The notes under the pieces were generated by a model. That model made no database searches. It was not told the DNA's origin and saw only the letters and a list, made by a program, of their open reading frames with translations. Source: Bacteroidota bacterium (GTDB lineage: Bacteria > Bacteroidota > Ignavibacteria > Kapaibacteriales > DASPKH01). From it: 63,724 nucleotides of DNA. Below, piece after piece: positions 1 to 6,937 of the stretch (positions are counted from its first letter, which is position 1; each line of letters begins with the position of its first letter). Where the stretch lies: positions 13,135 to 76,858 of the forward strand of contig JAZKFS010000030.1 in assembly GCA_040386315.1 (NCBI GenBank), in the 5' to 3' direction. The translations under genes were made by a program, and so were the position numbers.

Positions 1-112
1 GCGGATCTGCGGTGTTCATATTGTGCTTGATGAGGAAACAGGAAAGGCAGAATATATTGAACCATTTATGTACCCCGAAGCAAATCGCGGTACGAAACCT
101 TCCAACATATAG
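1..112 (+). CDS. possible 3' end of an unidentified upstream gene (partial)
   Basis: Frame 2 is open from the window edge to TAG at 110-112. It reads RICGVHIVLDEETGKAEYIEPFMYPEANRGTKPSNI, which looks protein-like. No family recognised. Confidence 0.25.
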   Translation, partial: RICGVHIVLDEETGKAEYIEPFMYPEANRGTKPSNI

Positions 113-186
113 AACTTTAAAATCTTTTCTTTTAAAACATACTTTTAAAAACAATTTTAAAAGATACATTACATTGATATTTCATA

Positions 187-1653
187 ATGAGCACGATAAA
201 AACATTCATATCGCAGAAAACGAAAATTCTCTGCACAATGGGGCCGGCGATCGCTTCGGAAGAAAAACTAACGGAACTGATCGGTTGTGGCGCTAATGCC
301 TTTCGGCTCAATATGTCGCACAGCACACATGCCAATCACCTGGAATACATCAGGCTCATCCGTGATGTAGAAAAAAAACTGGGTGTATATCTGCCTATCA
401 TCGCCGATCTCCAGGGGCCAAAGATACGTGTGTCCAATCTGCCCGGCGATGGTGTGGTCAGTCTTTTAAACGGACGGGAAGTGGTGCTGGTAGATACCGG
501 GGTTTTAAAAAAACATCAGCCGGTGATCCCGGTTGATATGACGGTAATCCCGGTAGAATATCCGACAATTGCCAAAGATGTAAAAAAGGGCGATGCAATT
601 CTTTTTGATGACGGGCTTTTAAAAGTACAGGTCCTCGAAGCAAATGGCGTTTTTGTACGGGTACTTGTAGTGCACGGCGGGCTGTTGAAATCACGTAAAG
701 GTATTAATCTGCCGTATGTGAATATCCGCCAGCCGGCGATGACGAAAAAAGATAAGGAAGATCTTGATTTTGCGATAGCAAATGGCGCTGACTATGCAGC
801 CGTGTCATTTGTACGGACAGTAGATGATGTAAAAATGGTGCGAAAGCATCTCGATATGCGTGGCAGCGATATGTGGATAATTGCAAAGATTGAAAAGCCG
901 GAAGCGGTCGCTAATATCGAAAAGATCATCCAGATCTCCGATGCGATCATGGTAGCACGCGGCGATCTTGGCGTAGAGATCCCGGCAGCACAGGTTCCGC
1001 TGGTGCAGAAAAAAATTATCAATCTTTGCAAACATTTTGCAAAACCCGTCATTACCGCAACGCAAATGCTGGAATCAATGATCCAGAATCCGCGCCCGAC
1101 CCGTGCCGAAGCAAGCGACGTAGCAAATGCAGTCCTCGACGGAACAGATGCCGTGATGCTTTCAGCTGAAACATCCGTTGGAGCATATCCCGTGGAAGCA
1201 GTGTCTTACATGCGGATGATCTGCGCGGAAACAGAAAAAGGATTGTTGTATGAAGGTTTAAAACGATCAACAAAACGCCGCCCGGCTGAAGAGCTGACAC
1301 GAAATCAGATTGCTATGGCAGTCGGCTCCATCGCTGACAGCGGGACTATCAGCGGCATTTGTGTTCACACATTCACGGGTACGACCGTCCGGCTTATTTC
1401 CAAGCGCCGACCTACGGCGCCGATATTCGCTATTTCTCAGGTAGTAGGAGCAGCCCGGCGCGTTGGTATTTTTTCCGGTGTTGTCGGGTTAGTGCTTGAA
1501 GATGCCACAACTACGGACGAAACGATTGACGCTATTAAAAAAATGCTGCTCGACCTGGGGTGCTGCAGTCCGGGCGAAAAGATCGTAATTACTATCGGTC
1601 ATCCTTTAAAAGTCCGTACACGCACAAACATGCTTTCCATTGAATCGCTGTAA
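187..1653 (+). CDS. pyk: pyruvate kinase
   Basis: 488 aa. Contains KILCTMGPA, FRLNMSHS, ADLQGPKIRV, MVARGDLGVEIP and VMLSAETSVG, all classic pyruvate kinase motifs. Confidence 0.95.
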   Translation: MSTIKTFISQKTKILCTMGPAIASEEKLTELIGCGANAFRLNMSHSTHANHLEYIRLIRDVEKKLGVYLPIIADLQGPKIRVSNLPGDGVVSLLNGREVVLVDTGVLKKHQPVIPVDMTVIPVEYPTIAKDVKKGDAILFDDGLLKVQVLEANGVFVRVLVVHGGLLKSRKGINLPYVNIRQPAMTKKDKEDLDFAIANGADYAAVSFVRTVDDVKMVRKHLDMRGSDMWIIAKIEKPEAVANIEKIIQISDAIMVARGDLGVEIPAAQVPLVQKKIINLCKHFAKPVITATQMLESMIQNPRPTRAEASDVANAVLDGTDAVMLSAETSVGAYPVEAVSYMRMICAETEKGLLYEGLKRSTKRRPAEELTRNQIAMAVGSIADSGTISGICVHTFTGTTVRLISKRRPTAPIFAISQVVGAARRVGIFSGVVGLVLEDATTTDETIDAIKKMLLDLGCCSPGEKIVITIGHPLKVRTRTNMLSIESL

Positions 1654-1665
1654 TTTCTTTTAAAA

Positions 1666-2490
1666 ATGGTTTTAAAACCCTCACTGCCGCAGCGCGTGAT
1701 ATGCCTGACGGAGGAAACAACCGAAACGCTCTACGCACTCGGCGCGGATGAACTCATCGTTGGGATTTCCGGATTTACCGTGCGCCCCAAAATTGCACGG
1801 AAAACAAAGCCCAAGGTTTCCACGTATCTTGATGCGAATATTGAAGAGATTTTAAAACTAAAACCCGACATGGTCTTTGCGTGGAGCGATCTCCAGGCGA
1901 ATATCTGCGCACAGCTAATGAAGGAAGGAATTGAAGTTGTCGGTTTTAATCACCGCTCAATCTCCGGAATTCTCGGAATGATCGTTAAACTCGGCGCACT
2001 TGTTGGGAAATTGCCCGAAGCTGAAAAATATGCAGACAAATTATCCCAAAATCTCGAAATAGCTTTTAAAAAAGGCGCTGAGCGAAAACACAAACCACGC
2101 GTGTATTTTGAAGAATGGTACGATCCGCTGATAACGGGAATTACGTGGGTGAGCGAAATAATTGAACTGTGTGGCGGCGACGATATTTTTAAAGAAAACC
2201 GCTATTTTCAGGATGCAAAGCGACGGATTTTAGCAGATAATTCCGAAGTTGTACGCCGCGCGCCGGATATTATGCTCGCCTCGTGGTGCGGAAAGGGTTT
2301 TAAAAAGGAAAAAGTTTTGGCGCGTGATGGTTGGATGGAAATTCCCGCTGTGAAAAATAACCGGATGTTTGACATTCATTCTTCGATTATTTTGCAGCCC
2401 GGCCCGGCGGCACTGACGGAAGGCGTGAACATCGTAATGCAGATTTTTGATAATTGGGAAGCTGAAGTTTTAAAAACAGGAAGCTTTTAA
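1666..2490 (+). CDS. periplasmic-binding-protein-fold (BtuF/FhuD class, cobalamin/siderophore-binding-like) protein
   Basis: 274 aa. Contains RVICLTEETTETLYALGADELIVGIS and PDMVFAW, typical of class III substrate-binding proteins. No obvious signal peptide. Starts 12 nt after pyk. Confidence 0.65.
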   Translation: MVLKPSLPQRVICLTEETTETLYALGADELIVGISGFTVRPKIARKTKPKVSTYLDANIEEILKLKPDMVFAWSDLQANICAQLMKEGIEVVGFNHRSISGILGMIVKLGALVGKLPEAEKYADKLSQNLEIAFKKGAERKHKPRVYFEEWYDPLITGITWVSEIIELCGGDDIFKENRYFQDAKRRILADNSEVVRRAPDIMLASWCGKGFKKEKVLARDGWMEIPAVKNNRMFDIHSSIILQPGPAALTEGVNIVMQIFDNWEAEVLKTGSF

Positions 2491-2493
2491 AAA

Positions 2494-3171
2494 ATGGACG
2501 AAAAAATTTACAAGCTTGTTTTTAAAAACTACTTCGATGCAATTCTCTGTCTGGACGGAACGCTGCCGGAGGAAAGTTTTTTTAAAGCTTTTAAAAATAT
2601 TCCTGTCATCGCAGCGGATGGCGCGGCGGTAAAACTTTTTAAAAAGAATGTTTTTTCTGATATGATTGTCGGTGATCTGGATTCATTTAAAAAGCTCGCA
2701 AATCGCGAGGATTTTTTAAAAAGTGAAATCATCCAGATTGATGAGCAGGACACGAATGATTTTGAAAAGGCTTTAAAAATAATTATCGAACGCGGTTTTA
2801 AAAATATCCTTCTGCTCGGCTTTCACGGCGGTGAACTTGAGCATACGCTGAATAACTGGAGCGTTTTAAAACGTTTTTCAAAGCTCGTGAATATCTGTCT
2901 TTTTGATGAAAATCGTTACGGAATTTCGCTTTTTAAAAGTGTGGAATTTGATGTTGTAAAAAATGAAATAATTTCGCTGATTCCGCAGCCGCGCGTGGAA
3001 ATTACAACGGAAAATCTGGAATGGCCGCTTGTAAAAGAAACGCTTGAACTCGGGATGCGCGAAGGTGCGAGAAATCGGGCTTTGGGTGAAAAAGTTGTTT
3101 TAAAGATCCATTCGGGTGAGATTTTACTTTTTATAAATCCACGGCTGCCGTTTGCGCCGGAATTTCTTTAA
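2494..3171 (+). CDS. thiN: thiamine diphosphokinase
   Basis: 225 aa. Contains VIAADGAA...IVGDLDSF and EQDTNDFEKAL, matching TPK catalytic motifs (GDxDS, DxTDxEkAL). Confidence 0.8.
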   Translation: MDEKIYKLVFKNYFDAILCLDGTLPEESFFKAFKNIPVIAADGAAVKLFKKNVFSDMIVGDLDSFKKLANREDFLKSEIIQIDEQDTNDFEKALKIIIERGFKNILLLGFHGGELEHTLNNWSVLKRFSKLVNICLFDENRYGISLFKSVEFDVVKNEIISLIPQPRVEITTENLEWPLVKETLELGMREGARNRALGEKVVLKIHSGEILLFINPRLPFAPEFL

Positions 3172-3263
3172 AAGAAATTTGTTGGGAGAAGGTAAAAAGT
3201 GACGTATTTTGCAGGAAGTTTTAAAAAGGATTTAATTTTTAAAGAAATCAAAAAGGGTACGAA

Positions 3264-3995
3264 ATGCGCCGTGATATTACGAAATGGTGGAGTCCGAATC
3301 TCAACCGCGAAATGGAAATTGTTGCTTATGGGCATCACGGATTTGCGTTGCTGCTTTTTCCGACAGCCGCGGCGGATTATCTGGAGTATGAGCGTTTTCA
3401 GCTGATTGATTCGATCAAACCGTTCATTGAAGCGGGCCAGTGCAAAGTGTATTCGATCAATTCCATTAATTCGGAATCGTGGCTGAATTCTGAGATGCAG
3501 CCGCGCGATAAGGCAATTCGCCATCAGCAGTATAATTACTATATCACGGAAGAAGTTGTGCCGTTTATCCAAAATGACTGCAATGGTGAAGCATCCATCA
3601 TTACAAGTGGCGCCTCTCTTGGGGCGCTTCATGCAGCAAATTCTTTTTTCCGCAGGCCTGATCTTTTTGCCGGAACGCTGGCTATGAGCGGCGTCTATGA
3701 TCTCCATACATATTCAAAAGGATACTGGGACGAAACCTGCTATTTCAATTCGCCGGTACATTACGTTCCAAATCTGGGCGGCGCACATCTTGAGCTTTTA
3801 CAGAAAAAACAGCATATTTATTTTACGAGCGGGCGCGGCGACTATGAATCACCGGAAAGTTCGATCCTGATGGGGAAAATTCTCGATGCAAAGGGAATTC
3901 CCAATACAATAGACCTGTGGGGGCCGGAATACAAACACGACTGGCCGACATGGCGCGATATGCTGCCGCATTATCTAAATACGAAACTCAGGTGA
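3264..3995 (+). CDS. esterase-family alpha/beta hydrolase
   Basis: 243 aa. Nucleophile elbow GASLG within ITSGASLGALHAAN. The layout resembles the putative esterase family. The antisense ORF 3168-3707 shows no features. Confidence 0.6.
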   Translation: MRRDITKWWSPNLNREMEIVAYGHHGFALLLFPTAAADYLEYERFQLIDSIKPFIEAGQCKVYSINSINSESWLNSEMQPRDKAIRHQQYNYYITEEVVPFIQNDCNGEASIITSGASLGALHAANSFFRRPDLFAGTLAMSGVYDLHTYSKGYWDETCYFNSPVHYVPNLGGAHLELLQKKQHIYFTSGRGDYESPESSILMGKILDAKGIPNTIDLWGPEYKHDWPTWRDMLPHYLNTKLR

Positions 3996-4082
3996 TCAGT
4001 GTTTTAAAAAGAAAGAAAAAATCTGTGCAATCAGAGAAATCCGGTAATCTGTGATTCAGACAAACTGTTATTCAAATAAAAA

Positions 4083-4117
4083 AGAGCTTGTAGAAATTAT
4101 TCTGCAAGCTCTTTTTC
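4083..4117. terminator. bidirectional intrinsic terminator between the esterase gene and upp
   Basis: Stem AGAGCTTG (4083-4090) pairs with CAAGCTCT (4105-4112). It is flanked by an A-run upstream and a T-run downstream, between convergent genes. Confidence 0.6.
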
Positions 4118-4139
4118 TTTTAAAAGATTCTTTTAAAAC

Positions 4140-4754
4140 TTAACCATGGAATCTGTCACCCGCGTCACCCAAGCCCGGCAGGATAAAACCAATTTCATTG
4201 AGTTCGCGGTCGAGTGCTGCAGTTATAATCGGTATATCAGGAAATTCGGAGCGAACGCGCTCTATTCCCTCAGGAGCGGCGATCATGCAGGCAATAATGA
4301 TATTTTTAACACCTTCACGCCGGACACGCCTGATAGACGCACACATACTTCCACCTGTAGCCAGCATCGGGTCAAGGAGAAAAACCGTTGCTGGCTTTTC
4401 CGTTGGCGGAAAACTGAACATGTATTCTTCGGGCTGAAGCGTTTCCTCATTGCGCCGTAGGCCGAGATAACCAATAGCCGCCTGTGGAATTACTTCTGAA
4501 AAAGGCGCAAGCATAGCAACTCCTGCGCGCAGTATTGGCATGAGAATGAGCGGATTGGCAGTTTTAAAACCCTGCGTTTCCTCAAGCGGAGTCGTAATTG
4601 TAAAATTCTCCAGTTCAAGAGTTTGTGTTGCTGCGATTGCCAGATGTATCCCCACTCTTGCTGCTGCTGCACGAAAGGTCGCCGGATCTGTTTCCACATT
4701 TCGCAGTATAGTAATATCACGCCGGACAAGAGGATGCTCAAGAACAGTAATCAT
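4140..4754 (-). CDS. upp: uracil phosphoribosyltransferase
   Basis: 204 aa. Contains HPLV..DITILR, ILRAGVAM and the PRPP loop LLDPMLATGGS. Confidence 0.93.
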   Translation of the reverse strand: MITVLEHPLVRRDITILRNVETDPATFRAAAARVGIHLAIAATQTLELENFTITTPLEETQGFKTANPLILMPILRAGVAMLAPFSEVIPQAAIGYLGLRRNEETLQPEEYMFSFPPTEKPATVFLLDPMLATGGSMCASIRRVRREGVKNIIIACMIAAPEGIERVRSEFPDIPIITAALDRELNEIGFILPGLGDAGDRFHG

Positions 4755-4760
4755 ACATTT

Positions 4761-5501
4761 TTAAAAAGAAGGATACCACAGTAATGTAAACCGCGGAATA
4801 GAGTAGAATGTGGTAATATCAGCCCGCACGTTATTTTGATCTACGATCCGGTCCTTATCCTCGCCAAACTGAAAATTCAGCCGCCATTCAGCCACCGGGG
4901 TGATGATACCGAAAGGTGTGGGTATATTCCCTAAAATACCTGCTCCGCCACATAGCGCAGTACGCGAATTACCACTTGGTGGAGGCTCATTCGGTGCCGA
5001 TACTGCATCAGGCCCGCCATTAATATTACTAATAATATACGTCCCGCCGAATGTTGCAAAAAAATTAATCCTGCTTTCCGGGCGAAGTACGATATGCGAG
5101 CAAATTTCTATAAATTGATATGTATTGGAATTACTCTGAATCCCTTGTTTTCTATCAGGAGTGAAAATCACCTTTTTATTTTCAGAATATAGATACGTTC
5201 CTTCCAGTATCAGCCAGTCAAGAGGGCTGTATGTAATGGTCGGGCCAAATGATATAAGCCCGTCATAGGAAAACGGCCGCTCGCCTGTTGCCGGAGCAAG
5301 CAATTTCTGAGTTTCTACGATCGTATTTGTCCCAACAGTAAAGCCCACGCCAATAAACTTTTTATACGGATTGACAATTTCCTCTTCTTCATAATATTCG
5401 CCCTCGGTTTCTTCCTGCGCCCACGCCGTTTTAAAAGAAGCAACCACACAAAATGCTATGATCGAAAGCCTGAATAATTTCTTTGCTGTATTCGATGTCA
5501 T
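4761..5501 (-). CDS. possible nested or independent outer-membrane beta-barrel-like protein (internal start at Met241 of the TatD ORF)
   Basis: An ATG at 5501 gives a 246-aa protein with a positively charged n-region, a hydrophobic core and an AWA-Q cleavage-like site. An acidic linker follows, the rest is Gly/aromatic-rich, and the C-terminal residue is Phe. Confidence 0.45.
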   Translation of the reverse strand: MTSNTAKKLFRLSIIAFCVVASFKTAWAQEETEGEYYEEEEIVNPYKKFIGVGFTVGTNTIVETQKLLAPATGERPFSYDGLISFGPTITYSPLDWLILEGTYLYSENKKVIFTPDRKQGIQSNSNTYQFIEICSHIVLRPESRINFFATFGGTYIISNINGGPDAVSAPNEPPPSGNSRTALCGGAGILGNIPTPFGIITPVAEWRLNFQFGEDKDRIVDQNNVRADITTFYSIPRFTLLWYPSF

Positions 5502-6221
5502 TGATAAAACCTCATCAAGAGATGTATTTTTAATTTCTGCAATTTTTTCGGCAATTAATTTCACATAACCCGGCTCATTCCGCTTACCGCGATGCGGCAC
5601 CGGCGTCAGGTACGGCGAATCTGTTTCAATCATCATCCGCTCAAACGGCGTTTGTAAAACCGTTTCCGCCAGCGTTGACTTCTTATACGTAATATTTCCC
5701 GTGTAGGATACGTGAAAATTCAAATCAAGCGCACTTTTTAAAAACTCGGGCGTTCCCGAAAAGCAGTGAAGCACACCTTCCAGCGTCCCGTCCTGTGCTT
5801 CCGTCAGTATTTTTAAAACATCATCATCAGCATCGCGGTTGTGAATTATCACAGGCAATTTTCTGCGCTTCGCAATTTCAAGTTGCTTTTTAAAAATATC
5901 CTGCTGAACGTCCTTCGGCGCAAAATCGTAATAATAATCCAGCCCGATTTCGCCAATCGCCACAACCTTTTTTAAAAAACTTTCACGTTCAACCCGCTCT
6001 AAATCGTCGTCCGTCACATTCGCAACATTATGCGGATGAATCCCGATCCCGCGATACAAACGTGGCTCGCTTTCCACCAAATCCTGTAAATTTTTAAAAG
6101 CTTCCACGCCGATAGACGGAATAATAATATATTCCATTCCCGCATCAAATGCTCTTTTTAAAACCTCGTCGCGGTCTGCCTCAAACGCGTCCGTATCAAT
6201 GTGCGCGTGCGTATCTATCAT
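4761..6221 (-). CDS. TatD-family metal-dependent hydrolase continuing in frame into a beta-barrel-like domain that has its own signal peptide
   Basis: 486-aa ORF. Residues 1-255 are TatD-like (IDTHAHID, EIGLDYYY, IIHNRDA, HCFSG, ETDSPYL, NTAKKLF). Residues 241-486 begin MTSNTAKKLFRLSIIAFCVVASFKTAWA-QE and end in alternating beta-strand patterns with ...LLWYPSF. Confidence 0.85.
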   Translation of the reverse strand: MIDTHAHIDTDAFEADRDEVLKRAFDAGMEYIIIPSIGVEAFKNLQDLVESEPRLYRGIGIHPHNVANVTDDDLERVERESFLKKVVAIGEIGLDYYYDFAPKDVQQDIFKKQLEIAKRRKLPVIIHNRDADDDVLKILTEAQDGTLEGVLHCFSGTPEFLKSALDLNFHVSYTGNITYKKSTLAETVLQTPFERMMIETDSPYLTPVPHRGKRNEPGYVKLIAEKIAEIKNTSLDEVLSMTSNTAKKLFRLSIIAFCVVASFKTAWAQEETEGEYYEEEEIVNPYKKFIGVGFTVGTNTIVETQKLLAPATGERPFSYDGLISFGPTITYSPLDWLILEGTYLYSENKKVIFTPDRKQGIQSNSNTYQFIEICSHIVLRPESRINFFATFGGTYIISNINGGPDAVSAPNEPPPSGNSRTALCGGAGILGNIPTPFGIITPVAEWRLNFQFGEDKDRIVDQNNVRADITTFYSIPRFTLLWYPSF

Positions 6222-6694
6222 GCGCTTTGCAGCTCGTCAAGTGTTTTTAAAACCGCGTCCACGTGTCCCGGCACCTTCACTTTCGGGAATACATGCCGGA
6301 TAATTCCTTCGCCATCAATCACGTACGTCGTGCGCTCCACGCCCATATATTTCCGCCCGTACATGGACTTTTCCTTCCACACATCATAATTCGTACAGAT
6401 CGTCGTTTCCGTGTCCGGTAGCAGCAAAAAATTCAAATTATATTTTTCCGTAAATTTCCCATGCGCCTTCATATCGTTCGGGCTGACGCCGATCACAACA
6501 GTATTTTTCGCCGTGATCCGCTCCATATTATCACGAAAATCACACGCCTCAGCCGTACAGCCGCTCGTGTCGTCCTTCGGATAAAAATACAGCACCACCC
6601 ATTTCCCTTTAAAAGATTCTAGCGTGATCGGCGGCTCGCTATCACTGATGCGCGACGTAAAATCCGGTGCCGGAGTTCCAACTTCTAATGCCAT
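6218..6694 (-). CDS. bcp: thiol peroxidase / peroxiredoxin (Bcp type)
   Basis: Start taken at Met46 of the tracked ORF (ATG at 6694). Reads MALEVGTPAPDF...KWVVLYFYPKDDTSGCTAEAC. The tracked upstream extension runs into a palindromic repeat. The stop overlaps the TatD start by 4 nt. Confidence 0.9.
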   Translation of the reverse strand: MALEVGTPAPDFTSRISDSEPPITLESFKGKWVVLYFYPKDDTSGCTAEACDFRDNMERITAKNTVVIGVSPNDMKAHGKFTEKYNLNFLLLPDTETTICTNYDVWKEKSMYGRKYMGVERTTYVIDGEGIIRHVFPKVKVPGHVDAVLKTLDELQSA

Positions 6695-6710
6695 TTTTGA
6701 GTAATGTTTA

Positions 6711-6752
6711 GTTTTGAGTTTTAAATGTTGAGTTTTAAATGTTGAGTTTTTA
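6711..6752. repeat. short tandem repeat (about 14-nt unit GTTGAGTTTTAAAT, about 2.5 copies) in the bcp leader
   Basis: Read directly: gttttgagttttaaatgttgagttttaaatgttgagttttt. Confidence 0.7.
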
Positions 6753-6770
6753 AAAAGATACAGTATAATT

Positions 6771-6860
6771 GTCATTCCCGCGCAGGCGGGAATCCACACG
6801 TCAAAAGTTCGCGTAATCAATTGCGTCAAAAGATGGATTCCCGCCTGCGCGGGAATGACA
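6771..6860. repeat. palindromic intergenic element (arms GTCATTCCCGCGCAGGCGGGAATCC / GGATTCCCGCCTGCGCGGGAATGAC)
   Basis: Near-perfect 25-nt inverted arms. Each arm is itself a hairpin. The central spacer holds two CGTCAAAAG copies. Confidence 0.9.
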
Positions 6861-6870
6861 AACTTTTAAA

Positions 6871-6920
6871 ATCCAAAAATCTGTGAAATCCAAAAATCTG
6901 TGCAAATCCGTGATTCAGAA
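6871..6920. repeat. short dispersed or tandem repeat (AAATCCAAAAATCTGTG x2 ... CCGTGATTCAGA), related to 4021-4060
   Basis: 4021-4060 (atctgtgcaatcagagaaatccggtaatctgtgattcaga) shares the ATCTGTGCAA and TGTGATTCAGA-like blocks. Confidence 0.6.
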
Positions 6921-6937
6921 AAATCCTAATAAAAATC

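Noticed and set aside
12-335. ORFs 12-296 (+) and 132-335 (-) around the pyk start.
   Set aside because: They overlap the well-supported pyk start and its AT-rich leader. Their composition is not protein-like and they contain no motifs.
3168-3707. A 179-aa minus-strand ORF overlapping the esterase gene.
   Set aside because: The plus-strand ORF has a GASLG nucleophile elbow and sensible hydrolase features. The antisense ORF has none, and it would collide with the thiN stop region.
6695-6829. A 45-codon N-terminal extension of the bcp ORF (MTQLITRTFDVWIPACAGMTII...).
   Set aside because: It translates the palindromic element at 6771-6860 (IPACAGMT is the GGGAATGAC/GCAGGCGGGAAT arm). A canonical peroxiredoxin N-terminus begins at Met46.
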